64,000 nt of DNA, taken from contig CM121343.1 of assembly GCA_051530055.1 (NCBI GenBank), positions 3,318,389 to 3,382,388 of the forward strand. The letters run 5' to 3'. Both the position numbers and the translations under genes were made by a program. The first letter of the stretch is position 1; each line of letters begins with the position of its first letter. Positions 23,690 through 36,394 of the stretch are shown one piece after another. Source of the stretch: Neoechinorhynchus agilis (taxonomy: Eukaryota > Animalia > Acanthocephala). The notes under the pieces were generated by a model. That model ran no database searches. It saw nothing but the letters and a program-made list of their open reading frames with translations, and was not told the DNA's origin.

Positions 23690-25650
23690 AAGGTGGGATT
23701 CGTCCCATCGCCGTATCTTCGACGATACGCCGACTTGCAGGAAAAATTCTCTGCAAACGTATTACAGAGAAAACCGGGCAGCAACTTCGTCCAGTCCAAC
23801 TGGGCTGCTGCACATCCTGCGGGGCGGAAGCTATCGTCCACTCGCTCCGAAACTTTGCTACGAGTAGCTCAGCGCCGTGCGTGATTCTTAAGTGCGATTT
23901 TCGGAACGCCTTTAACTCTCTTAATAGAGAAAGCATGTTCCGCGCAATTAGGGATCACGCACCAGAAGCCTTCCAGTATTTTCTCAATGCCTACGGGACG
24001 GCGATTCCTTTGCTTTTCGAAGACCACCTCATTTGGTCCGAAAGAGGAGTGCAGCAAGGAGATCCCCTCGGTCCAATCGGATTCTCCCTAACAGTAAACC
24101 CAATAGCGCATTCTCTCCATTCCAGCTTCAACGCTTGGTACTTGGATGACGCTACGCTCGGAGGTGATCCCTCCGTTGTACTGCGCGATTTGGAGACGCT
24201 GATTAGGGAGACCTCGAAGATGGGCATTGAGCTTAATGCTGGAAAATGTGAGCTCCTTGTACTGAATATTGGAGACGCCGCTAAAGTCAAAGAACTAATG
24301 GCTGGGTTCGAGGCCGTAGCTCCAGGTCTGAAACTCGTGACTCGGGAACAACTCAGCTTCTTGGGCAGTTGTGTCTTCGATTCAAATGTGGAAGATGAGA
24401 TCGGCCATATCATACCGAAACTTTCGTTGCTGTGCGATAGGGTGTGCGCTCTCTCGGCTCATGAAGCCTTGTTTCTCATAAAGAACGCGCTCTTCATCCC
24501 CAAATTATTGTACAAGGTTCGCACAGCAACATTTTTCAAACACAAAGAAGGATTGGCAAAGCTGGACAATAAGGTGAGGGCTTGCCTCGAGCGTATTTTA
24601 AATGTCCAGCTCTCAGATGAGGCGTGGCGACAAGCTTCTTTGCCTGTGTCATCTGGGGGATTGGGAATTCGGGCACTAGTCGACCTTGCTTTGCCGGCCT
24701 TTCTTGGATCGTTTGAGGGGAGCCTACCAGTCTCGAAGAACATTTTGAAAGAAAAGTTTTGTCTTGACCGGGATTTCGAGGTGGCGGTTGAGGAATGGTG
24801 CCAGCAGACAGGCGCTAACCAAGTTCCCGTGAATGGCCTCAGAGTTCTCGCGATGGGGTCGTCCGAGCTAGACTGTTGGCAGTTTCAACACGAGAATCTG
24901 GGGCGTGGTTGGAGGCTGTTCCTCTGGCATCTGTGGGAACTCTTCTTACTGACGAGGTGACGAGGATCGCAGTATCCTTAAGACTCGGTCTCCCGATATG
25001 CACGCCCCATCGCTGTCGATGTGGGTCTTTGGTTGATGCTTTCGGGCGACACGGTCTCGTCTGCAGAAGGTCAGCAGGAAGGTTTTCACGCCATTCTGAA
25101 ATCAATAACGTAATTTCTCGGGCGTTGAGAACGGCGAACTTCCCGAACATCCTGGAACCCGCCCACCTCTGCAGACTAGACGGCCGTAGGCCCGATGGAA
25201 TTTCGGTCTTCCCGTGGCGGGAGGGCAAATGCCTTCTCTGGGACGCCACGTGTGTGGACACCCTCGCAGCCAGCAACATCCCCTACTCCCTCGAAATCGC
25301 CGGTGGTGCCGCCAGTGCAGCGGAAGGGAGGAAGGTACGAAAATATATGCAGCTATCGAGGGCTCACTATTTTGTCCCCTTTGGGGTAGAGACGTATGGA
25401 GCGCTCGGCAGCTCGGCACTCTCTCTGCTCAAGGATCTCTCGAAGAAATTGAGAGAGGCAACCGGAGACTCAAGAGCAGGCTTATTTCTTCGACAAAATA
25501 TCTCGCTGGCAGTACAACAGGGCAATGCTGCCAGCGTGATGGCGACGGTCGAGGAAGGACAAAAGCTGGAATTTGGTGGGAGGTGGTGAATGTAAAGAAA
25601 AGTAACCAAATAGAATTTAATTTAGAAAAAAAAATTGGATGATGTTTGAA
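23690..25650 (+). mobile_element. CRE-clade non-LTR retrotransposon (RT + CCHC + restriction-like endonuclease), 5'-truncated and frameshifted
   Basis: GGIRPIAV, CDFRNAFNS, GVQQGDPLGP, WYLDDATL; CRCG...HGLVC knuckle; RRPDG...LLWDATC; VPFGVETYG; NISLAVQQGNA; AT-rich 3' tail. Confidence 0.9.
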
Positions 25651-25749
25651 AAAAAAATTTATTAAATTGAATTCTATGTTGCATTTTATAAACTTTTTAT
25701 ATCCAATCTGATAAGCATCCATAAGATACGAAACAATGTAGTTCGATTT

Positions 25750-28700
25750 GCTAAACACTCTTCTGTAAGGAAAAGATAATTATGTCAAAAGGATATTTGT
25801 GATAAAACCTCTGTCGACATTTTCAAAAGCCTTGCACGCAGCGAAATTTATTAAAATATCCATCGGTTGAGAGTTCGTGGGAAAATTCTCTATGAGCTCC
25901 CTGATTGCAGCACGGACGCTATTTTCAGGTAAATATTCATGACAGCAAACTCAGCTATGGAGATGTTGATGCAATCGAGAAAGTATAAAAAATGAATAAT
26001 ACAAAATAAAGATTTTAAAAAATCTCATAAAGCGATGAATAACACTCTTCCTCAATTAAAGGTTTGTTTTCTTTAAAGCTTGTCGATCTTCCAAAGATAA
26101 CACTTGGCAAAATCTCAAAAATAAAATCCGTAAGGCTTCCGAGATGCTAAGTGAGCTGCAGTAATCGATTAACAATGCGGATTGTAACACAACTGGAGTC
26201 CTGGATGAATAATTGCGGCTTTTACCCTGATTCAACATGGCTTCAAATTAGGTAGAATTCCACTTTTGGACAATGGTTTAAGGTAACAAACGATGAAGGC
26301 TTTGGAAGCGTCTAATTGATTTTTATGAACGCATTCTCCCTGAGTATCTGTCTTAAAAGACGTTTTGAACCTCATTTCCGCAATTAGGATTACGCGTTTG
26401 ATTCTGGCATCTAATAATTCCTGAATGATAATTTCTCAGTATTTTATTAAAATTGGGTTTTTAAAAATTTCATTTTTCCTCAATTAATTGCTCATGTGAC
26501 TGATTATGGGAAATTTCCAAAAAAAAACAGACTAGTTTTCCGGTATGAAAAATATCACGCCCAAAAATCTAACTGCTACTAAGAAACCAGTACAATAACA
26601 AATAAAAGTCAATTTTGTTGTCCACATACGTCCATAACTTGTAAAGAAATTATTAGTTGAGAAAAGCTTCTGAAGAAGGCCAATGAAAAGCCCGAAAATT
26701 TTGAAGATAAATCTATTTTCTGAATCAAACATCGCTAATTGAAACTGAAACGTCCGCAATCGTCCTTTAACTTGAAAAGAAGTGAAAAGATTGACAATGC
26801 GTCCTTCTCTGATTATGGGAAATTTCCAAAAAAAAACAGACTAGTTTTCCGGTATGAAAAATATCACGCCCAAAAATCTAACTGCTACTTAGAAACCAGT
26901 ACAATAACAAATAAAAGTCAATTTTGTTGTCCACATACGTCCATAACTTGTAAAGAAATTATTAGTTGAGAAAAAAGCTTCTGAAGGCCAATGAAAAGGC
27001 CGAAAATTTTGAAGATAAATCTATTTTCTGAATCAAACATCGCTAATTGAAACTGAAACGTCCGTAATCGTCCTTTAACTTGAAAAGAAGTGAAAAGATT
27101 GACAATGCGTCCTTCTCTGATTATGGGAAATTTCCAAAAAAAAACAGACTAGTTTTCCGGTATGAAAAATATCACGCCCAAAAATCTAACTGCTACTAAG
27201 AAACCAGTACAATAACAAATGAAAGTCAATTTTGTTGTCCACATACGTCCATAACTTGTAAAGAAATTATTAGTTGAGAAAAAAGCTTCTGAAGGCCAAT
27301 GAAAAGGCCGAAAATTTTGAAGATAAATCTATTTTCTGAATCAAACATCGCTAATTGAAACTGAAACGTCCGTAATCGTCCTTTAACTTGAAAAGAAGTG
27401 AAAAGATTGACAATGCGTCCTTCTCTGATTATGGGAAATTTCCAAAAAAAAACAGACTAGTTTTCCGGTATGAAAAATATCACGCCCAAAAATCTAACTG
27501 CTACTAAGAAACCAGTACAATAACAAATGAAAGTCAATTTTGTTGTCCACATACGTCCATAACTTGTAAAGAAATTATTAGTTGAGAAAAAAGCTTCTGA
27601 AGGCCAATGAAAAGGCCGAAAATTTTGAAGATAAATCTATTTTCTGAATCAAACATCGCTAATTGAAACTGAAACGTCCGCAATCGTCCTTTAACTCGAA
27701 AAGGCACCCTTAACGGTTTCGTTCTTATTTAATCAAGACGGTTTCCCTGGTTCTTTTTTGTGAATGTTCAGCCGTAATACTGAATGCTTTTAATAGTGCA
27801 CTCGCGACAACGTCAAATGAATATGGAATTCCCAATTACAAGTAAATTTTTAAATGCCACTTCAATATGTTTGATGCTTGAATTTCAAAAAACAGGGTAA
27901 GGAATTTTAGTATACCGCTCGACCCATCCCGGTTTTTGAGGATATATTTTGTTGAAATGTATCCGAAAGGTTCTTTGCATTGATGTCTCTTCAAAAGGAA
28001 GCTTATTAGTTGAGCAATAAATCTTGCGGGGACTATAAAGTTGGCTAAAGAAATTACAAAATCATATATTCTTGCAGAGATTGAAAGTTTCATTTTAAAC
28101 GGAAAGCGAGACTAGACTAATATATTTCATAGGCATCTCTTCATTTTTGAAAGTATTCTGGACATGGTTAATGCCGAACAATGCTCGGCGACATCTCGGT
28201 TTATACCACGGCTACACTTTCGCCCAAGGGTGAAGAGTTGTTTTTGGCAACAATCAGATTTCGATTCTCCTTGAGACTTCAGAAGGCCATTAGATAACGT
28301 AGACAGAAACATTGGAATCAATTTCATTGGTCGGTTATCTTATTTAGGCGCAATATTCAACCAAGACATAATTTGAGAGACTTCATAAGCAATATTGTTA
28401 TGGGAAACCAAATTCTCCAGGTCCAAACCTGGATTGTTACTGCAAGATCTCGGTGGAATTGATTATAAGTGAATTTTACAAAGGAAATGGAACAGCCTTT
28501 TCATAGTTCTTAAAGCGGCAAACGAGTCCATTGAGAAGGATCGATAGTCGTCGACATTAATGAGAAAGCATTGAAGGTTTCTTTGGTGATAATATTAGGT
28601 TTTAGGCTAGGAATCTCATCGTGGTGATTAAGTGAGTAACTTCAATGAGCCTGGTGAGTAGTTGGTGGGTGGAAATGAAAGCGTAATTGAGTGTGTGCGC

Positions 28701-29650
28701 GGAGATATGGCTTACGCAACGTTCTTTCAAAAAAGGAAACCAGTACTGGGTCATCATTGTCAAGACATAGTTTCCGGCGTGTAGCGATCGGTGTTGGCTA
28801 GCAGCAGTTCTCTGGGACCTACGGCGGCGACAGTGCGGTGGTATTGGAGGGTTGGGGAGACCGTTGGATGTCTAGACATAAATTGTCGTATATGTGGCGG
28901 TAGTAGTAGTTGAGGAGCGGCGAAAGGAGGCTGCATCAACCCGAGAATCGGAGGATGGAAGAGTAGTTCTCTTCATTGCGCAATGGCTGACATGGCAGAA
29001 GTATTCAATTGATGGGGGCGGCGGCGGCGGGACACTGGTGGAAAGCGATCGCAAATGTGGTCACACCAGAGCGGAACACAGCTTTGGATACATCGTTAGA
29101 GCTGCGTGTAGTTTCCTCGTTCTCTCCATTCCCGATCCTCGTCCGTCTCCTCCTCCGAGGAGGAGGAGGAGGAGGGAGCAATGTTTACACAACATTGTCG
29201 CCTTGCGATCCGGGTTCACCACCATCGTATAAGGCGCGCACACGTACACGCGTTAGAGACTCGTCCATGTCCACACGAACCTTATTCGCGAGCACTGTGT
29301 CCACCATTGTTCCCGATTTCTAACTCTGTAGTAGTCGTCTCCGTCGTCGTCGTTGTCGTCGTATTGATCGGTTTTGGAGTTGCGTTAGCAGAGCGAGAGC
29401 GCACTTGAGTACAACTCGTTTAAGAACAGCGAGAAGGCTTATGTGTGCGGCATCGCAGAAAGTGCACGAGGCGTTTCTGAATGTGGCTCCATGCTGTGGT
29501 GGTGGTGGTGCAACAGCCGAATGCACAGAGAAATCCCGTTTCGATTTGGACAGCATCTCATGCACAAACGAGCGCCCCCCAACACTATCACTTGAGTGAC
29601 TCATGTTTTGGGTCGTGTGACTACTGCGTCTTCTACTAGTAGTCACCATC
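25750..29650 (-). CDS. Probable multi-exon gene of unknown function (helical protein), structure unresolved
   Basis: Successive minus-strand open segments with protein-like composition (VRAAIRELIENFP..., SRTPVVLQSALLIDYC..., DFVISLANFIVPARF..., RSCSNNPGLDLENLV...) broken by short AT-rich gaps; no family recognised. Confidence 0.35.
26501..27703. repeat. Satellite, ~308-bp unit, ~3.9 copies
   Basis: TGATTATGGGAAATTTCC starts at 26501, 26810, 27118 and 27426; units are nearly identical. Confidence 0.97.
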
Positions 29651-29754
29651 ACAACTGTTTGTAGTGGTGGTGGTAGTGGTAACGGCCGCTGTCGTAGTCC
29701 GGCGGCATCCGTGGTCTTCGTTCTTATATACCCGGTTTAGATATTATCCGATCA

Positions 29755-30519
29755 ATGATCGCTACCAGTGTTCAATACAAATGCAGGTGCCGAGTATGCA
29801 ATCGGATTGTCAGCAAGTACTTTGGCATTCAAGGCAGGAACCACAAAACCGGTCTCAAAAAAATGGAAGGCCGTCTTAGACATGTTCGGTACTTCAACAT
29901 ATACCGAAAATTCCGTTACCGGAAAAAACGCTTATGTTGGAGTGATCTAATCGTGAAATTCATCGATTCAAAAAACGACTCACCCACCAAGAAACGGGTC
30001 AACCGAACTTCTAAGGTACTCTGCATGCGCTGTTGTAGGAAATTGCTGGACCTAAACAGCCAAAAACATCAATTCAAAAAACAAAAGAAAAGACTGACTT
30101 CTAAGTTCATCAAAAACAGCCTTGTAATCAAATCGTCGCTTGGGTCGAACAAAGTACACAATAAGCACAATAAACACAATAAGAAATCAAGTGTCATAAT
30201 TCAATGCACCAGCAGTAAGCATTCACTGAATGTGAAACCTAATGATGCACGGTCGGGATCTTCATCAACCTCGTCCCAATCAAATAGTATTTTGTTCGGT
30301 CTCCTTTCGGCAGGCGAGGGCATATCATATCCGCCTTCACAACATTCAATCAAAGATGCCCAAAATAATGCATATTCTCTGTCAGCACGCTCCGCAAACA
30401 ATGGTAAACGAGTAAGCAAACGGAAATCAAGTCTTCCACATAAACGACCAACACCACAACAATCAACCATGATGACGCCTTCAATGAACTGTATTACGCA
30501 TTCTGGATTCCAGAACTAC
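29755..30519 (+). CDS. ZAD/zf-AD-like N-terminal exon, likely part of the downstream zinc-finger gene
   Basis: CRVC ... SKVLCMRCCRKLL...QF pattern (CxxC-Xn-CxxC); GTAAGC donor at 30520; the exon path to 31109 is not resolved. Confidence 0.5.
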
Positions 30520-31108
30520 GTAAGCAATTTCCAACTTAACCGATTTCAATAGATACGTTTGAAGTAGGTCAGTACCGATTCTTGGAAGAGTACCAAAGTC
30601 GTCTCGGATTCAGTCCACTCGCCGTCGAATGACCGAACAGGTTTCTATGCCTTGATCGGGAATTGAAGAAACTTTTAGCTCAATTTAGAAAATCCTCGGC
30701 GTGATATTCGGTCGACGAATTCATTGTGTACATCAGTTACAGTAACCAGAGTGGTGTCATTGACTCCAACTTTAAAAAGTCACTTAAACTCCTCTTCTTC
30801 GAACTCCTTAATCACGAGTGACTTTAATAGTGCAAGTCAGTCAACTTGCCTTGATTCAAGAGTTAGCATTGACTTTTTAAAAAGAACGCTAATATCCCAA
30901 CGGTGCGTTGTTCTATAGCTCCATTCTTTGTTAACTGCCGTTATGATGTATGGAAACAAGTGGCATTCGGTTCCGATCACCAAAGAAATCGAGTCTGGTA
31001 TATCGATGTCGTCGCCCTCAACAACATTAACTAACGGTACAACAAAGGGTTCGTTCAAAACATGTACTTCCCACTTGACCATAAACTTTCAAAGTTTATC
31101 ATGAAGCC

Positions 31109-32209
31109 ATGGCTCGGTCTTCACTTTTGGTCGATACTTGCTTAAATAACAGTGAATCGGCAGAAAGAGAAGAGGTTGCTCACATTGACGAATTCAAGCC
31201 CCAACACACAAACGGTTCAGCAGCTCCGCAATCGACGGTTGCATGTTGGATCTGCAACCAACGATGTTCTGATCTTACAAGCCATATTCTGGGAGCCCAT
31301 TCGATGGCCGTTTCATCAGCCTATACACAAGTCAGCCTTTCGAATAATTTCTGTAATGAGAGAGTTACGAGTACTGCTACCAACGTCCCCAGTACTAATC
31401 ACCCTCCGTCGCCATTCCAAATTACCGCTTCTGCTGCTGCTGCTGCCGCCGCCGCCACTACTGCTATTAGTAGTAGTAGTATTGCCACCCCTATTAGTTC
31501 TTCAGCAATTCTGATTCCTAGCGTTGGTATTGATGTGGAAAACAAAGGAGATGGTAATCGCGAAAATAGGAACAAACCATACGAGTGTTCCATTTGCTTG
31601 AAGAGATTTAGCCAACAAGGCAATCTGAGTTGCCATCTTCGAATCCATACAGGAGTAAAGCCGTTCACTTGCACCATTTGTGCCAAGACATTCCGGCATT
31701 CCAACAGTCTAAGGCGTCACATGCGTACTGTTCATGCCCGTTCAACATCAAACGCAGCACCAGGCGAGATGATAACGAATACCAGCACTGAAGATGCACA
31801 CAATTACACAGCGTCTCTGCATTCACCATTACCATCTTCAATCTACCTCAGCAATGCAGGCAGGACTTACAACGACAACAACAATAACAATAATGGATAC
31901 CGGAGCACTCTACCGACTAGTACCGGCATCCACATAACAGCCATTCCGTTCAACTGCGATGTATTCAGTAACTTTGTAAGCCAATATAGGGATACTGCTG
32001 CCGCGATCTCCAGTTCGCCCATCGTCTCAAGTGTTAATGTTCCTGTCGTAACCGGGGCTTCGTGCCATAATACATCACCACAGGTACGTCCATGGAAAAC
32101 AAATCTCTTCAGCGAGGAACTTCTCGGGCATAGTCTCACAGCTCCAAGTAGCCCGCCTACCTTGTCGAAGCGGCAACACGACGAGCCACCGCGGGACGAC
32201 CTAAATTAA
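31109..32209 (+). CDS. C2H2 zinc-finger protein (3' exon or whole gene)
   Basis: [52 protein letters not shown] (two fingers with a TGVKP linker) plus an atypical CWIC...H...H finger; low-complexity A/S/N tracts. Confidence 0.9.
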   Translation: MARSSLLVDTCLNNSESAEREEVAHIDEFKPQHTNGSAAPQSTVACWICNQRCSDLTSHILGAHSMAVSSAYTQVSLSNNFCNERVTSTATNVPSTNHPPSPFQITASAAAAAAAATTAISSSSIATPISSSAILIPSVGIDVENKGDGNRENRNKPYECSICLKRFSQQGNLSCHLRIHTGVKPFTCTICAKTFRHSNSLRRHMRTVHARSTSNAAPGEMITNTSTEDAHNYTASLHSPLPSSIYLSNAGRTYNDNNNNNNGYRSTLPTSTGIHITAIPFNCDVFSNFVSQYRDTAAAISSSPIVSSVNVPVVTGASCHNTSPQVRPWKTNLFSEELLGHSLTAPSSPPTLSKRQHDEPPRDDLN

Positions 32210-33494
32210 TGAGTAGGCTGACGAGTACACTTACATTTACCGCATTCGCTGAGCGAGACAAAGAGACAGACGAAAAGACGCAGGAGCTTATGAACGTTTG
32301 CATGTACACTGTTTTCGAAGAATGAACGAGGCCTTCTTGTCGTTTATGTAATACCACTGAACACTTTTTCATAAACATACCTTCACAATAGAACCATTTT
32401 CATGTCAATTATTTGTATTTTTTTAACGCATTTCTATCATTGTAAATTTTACCCACTATTTTCTGTCAATTTTTGTTTCCACTGCAAGAACTTTACGAAA
32501 CTAAAGATTAATTTCGCACAATGAGATATCAAAATAACTTTTTCAAATTATTTTGAACATTTCAAGTTTCTATTGCATCGAAAATAATTCAATGGGGTGG
32601 TTATATTGAAAACCTCAGTGCGTCTATGGTAGGATATTCTTAAAGAAGTGTGTACAAGGAAAAAGCGGTCGGTTTGCTAAAGAAAATCCACTAGTATCGT
32701 CGACGAGCAACTGTTAATCTTTAAAAGTGCTCAGGTAAACTGTGACTCATCGTTAACAAACGTATTTTCCTTTGCATTCTTGAAACAATCAAAGAGCACT
32801 TTCTATGTTCAAGTGATGCTTTTTGAACGGCTGATAATTTTCAGTGGACACAAATCCCACCAATATGTTGTAACCGGCTATCCAGACTTAAAGATAAAAG
32901 GAGCTTTTTTCGGATGGTCTATTTGAAATAAACTCCTTTATTTTAAAATCACTGCGTTAAGGCGCGTGATATAAAGCTAGCCCATGCGATTTCTCAGCTT
33001 TCGGTTTTCTATGATTTCCACGAAACTCGAGACTCGTCGTATCTGATGCGGACTATTCAAGTGTAAAGGTGTCGTACCGAAACATGGATTTTGACTCATG
33101 TATACCAGTGAGTTAACAAATAAGTGTTTCGCCTGAATTCAAACATCAAGTTTAATTGAGCGTTACCGTTAACTTTTCCTTCGTAGGCGAATAAAAAGTA
33201 TATCACTCATTAATATGATAATCTTTTGAATTCTGATGATAATCCCGGTTAAAAGGTATTTTATTGTTAACATGTATTTCACCAGAGGAAATCTGAAGGA
33301 TTTGCTTCATGAGTCTTAAATTGTCAACGAAGTATCACAGCACATGAACGGTAGGTTGCAATCACTTAAAGCCGTAACGATACATGTCGTTAAAATACGT
33401 TGTATGCTTTTAAATTTAACTTTATTTGGTAATGCAGTGAAACGTAAACACTAAAGAAATCATTTTCATTAAGCATTGCATTCGGGTGATTTAA

Positions 33495-34565
33495 CAACAC
33501 GTTTTATTTATACCTCTGGGTCCGCGTGATCACTTTAGAGTTGATAGCAGATCCGGTGTGGATGACGAATCCCGAGTGGATGATGGATCCGGTGTAGATG
33601 GGCGGATCCCGAGTGGATGATGGATCCGGTGTAGATGGGCGGATCCAGAGGATGACGGATCCGGTGTGGATGGACGGATTCGGTGTGGATGATGGATCCG
33701 GTGTGGATGGGCGGATCCAGAGGATGACGGATCCGGTGTGGATGGGCGGATTCGGTGTGGAGGACGGATCCGGTGTAGATGGGCGGATCCAGAGGATGAC
33801 GGATCCGGTGTGGATGGACGGATCCGGTGTAGATGGGCGGATCCCGAGTGGATGATGGATCCGGTGTAGATGGGCGGATCCAGAGGATAACGGATCCGGT
33901 GTGCATGATGGATCCGGTGTAGATGGGCGGATCCAGAGGATGACGGATCCGGTGTGGATGGACGGATTCGGTGTGGATGACGGATCCGGTGTAGATCGGC
34001 GGATCCAGAGGATGACGGATCCGGTGTGCATGATGGATCCGGTGTAGATGGGCGGATCCAGAGGATGACGGATCCGGTGTGGATGGACGGATTCGGTGTG
34101 GATGATGGATCCGGTGTGGATGACGGATCCGGTGTGCATGATGGATCCCGAGTGGATGATGGATCCGGTGTAGATGGGCGGATCCCGAGTGGATGACGGA
34201 TCTGATGTGGATGACGGATCCGGAGTGGATGACGGATCCGGTGTGCATGATGGATCCGGTGTGCATGATGGATCCGGTGTAGATGGGCGGATCCCGAGTG
34301 GATGATGGATCCGGTGTAGATGGGCGGATCCAGAGGATGACGGATCCGGTGTGGATGGGCGGATTCGGTGTGGATGATGGATCCGGTGTGGATGACGGAT
34401 CCGGTGTGCATGATGGATCCCGAGTGGATGACGGATCCGGTGTGGATGACGGATCCGGTGTGCATGATGGATCCGGTGTGCATGATGGATCCGGAGTGGA
34501 TGACGGATCCGGTGTAGATGATGGATCCAGTGTGGATGACGGATCCAGTGTAGATGACGGATCCT
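33495..34565. repeat. Expanded GGATCC minisatellite array (~1 kb) behind the same element terminus as at 15585
   Basis: Shared flank TACCTCTGGGTCC.CGTGATCACTTTAGAGTTGAT, followed by variant 18-bp units and GGGCGGATCCAGAG inserts. Confidence 0.95.
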
Positions 34566-34568
34566 TAT

Positions 34569-34729
34569 TGTTGGTTTATGGCGTGAAAAATTAAGAATTT
34601 TACTGATTCCGATATTTCAGCACAATATTGTACGTGTTTATCAAGGTTGTAAATTGCCGATTAATTTACAACGTGCCGAAATATCGGAATCAATAAAATT
34701 CTTTTAATTTTTCACGCCATAAACCAACA
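34569..34729. mobile_element. Fold-back (MITE-like) element, family H1
   Basis: About 55-bp inverted arms TGTTGGTTTATGGCGTGAAAAATT...GATATTTC.GCAC; related to 43260-43402 and a half copy near 710-760. Confidence 0.8.
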
Positions 34730-35789
34730 TGAATAGTTCAATCTTTAAACAGATAACAAACTTGCGGACTAATTCAATCGGTCGAAATATACATTCTTCT
34801 TTAATGATCTCTCTCGCGTGTCGACAAGCGACCTAAATAACAATAAATCATTTTCAGACTTAAATTCTGACAATTTCTTCAATGCGACATCCACGATCCG
34901 TCGCTCTACATTTTGCAACCTCTCGCCACCAAGCACCGCATAATTTTTTAAACTCGTATGTAGTCAACTATTTTTTTATCAGATATTGAGCGATTCAGAA
35001 AGGGAATGCTGGATGCATCTTTGAGGCATGTTCCTCCGTCGCTACCGGAACTTTTACAAATTCGTAGGGAAGTAACCTTTATTTTTACCTCGGTGCTAAA
35101 TACCGCGACAATGTGTTAAACGAAGCTTCTTGGTCGTCGACATTTGAGTTCATGGGTTCCAATTGACTGCGCTTTGTACCCTTAAACAAAGACGATCTCC
35201 CGCAGCGTTAACTACGATCCTTGTCTAAATTCATGAGAACCGCTGGTATTTCTCATTATCCTATAATGCCACGTCTGGTCACTGTCCATTTTTCTGGAAC
35301 GTATAGACGAAGAGAACACCTCGATGTAAATTAAATTTCTCAAAAGTTTCAAACACGAATAAACTTCTATGAGAATATCCCTATAATTCCGTCATTTTTT
35401 GAATTTCTTCAACACTAAACAAACATTCGACCAAACACTAAAAAAGTAATTCCTGATTTCTAAAGCATTTTATAGGCTGTCAAAATCAAAGACCGGATTC
35501 GATTTACTCCATGAACTTTAACCCGAGATTGGTCATTTTTATTCGTTCTTCATAGAAATAATTTATCTCTTAAAAACAAGACAAGAGGATAGGTTTTTGG
35601 TTGACTTAAAGAGTTCCAAATTACATTTTATGGACTTCTAGTCGCTTTATTGAAACAAAGACCACTTTAAGTATTTTAGTGATGTTTAATGGCGATTCCT
35701 AAGTTGTAGACTAAAGAAAAAGTACTTTTAATTTAAAGACTGCCATTTTTCAGTATCTATGCGCGGCCTTTTTTCACGGTGATCTGGTT

Positions 35790-36028
35790 CAGGGAAGCGC
35801 ATAAAATCACACTTAATGAAGTCCCAAATATACGGTTATGGGTTTGTACATCCCCCCGTCCGGATCCTCGGATACCTCCCCAGGAGGAGGAGGGACTCAT
35901 CAGTGAGTTTCCTCCCTTCAACGAGGTATTTCGTCCCCTTTGGTTGTGTGTCATCGGCTATCGTGGATTCGAACCCGTTGACCCAACAACCTAGAATCTG
36001 GAGCATTAGTCCACTTGACCACCTCGGT
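35790..36028 (-). mobile_element. tRNA-derived SINE-like element, copy 2
   Basis: Reverse complement gives CCGAGGTGGTCAAGTGGACTAATGCTCCAGAT...GGGTTCGAATCC, nearly identical to the head at 3461. Confidence 0.8.
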
Positions 36029-36394
36029 ACAACTACGGAAATCAGTGGACTGAAATCATCTTATACTATCGTCACTGAGCGCAAACACTGAATCCTAACC
36101 TCGTTAAAAGTCACCATATCTCAATGGTCTAAAGAACGCGATCCAGCAAATCACGTCCGCACCATCGACGTCACGCCTGACGTCACGAATCAGTACAGCA
36201 CGTCACATTGACAAGTTCGCATTTGAAGGTCTCCTTAATCGGCGCACTCGTTTTGATTTCGCAATCTGCGAAAGAACACAAAGTAGTTGTCGATGAGATT
36301 GGAGTGCGTTGCCGCCGTACGATATTGATTGTTGCTTAATGTTTATCATCGACGGCGACTACGCGCTTAAAATTGTTGATTTGTGAGTGGTGTA

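Noticed and set aside
33504-34594. Long His/Pro/Asp-rich ORFs in several frames (also 15487-16017)
   Set aside because: Produced by the stop-poor 18-bp minisatellite; open in multiple frames on both strands.
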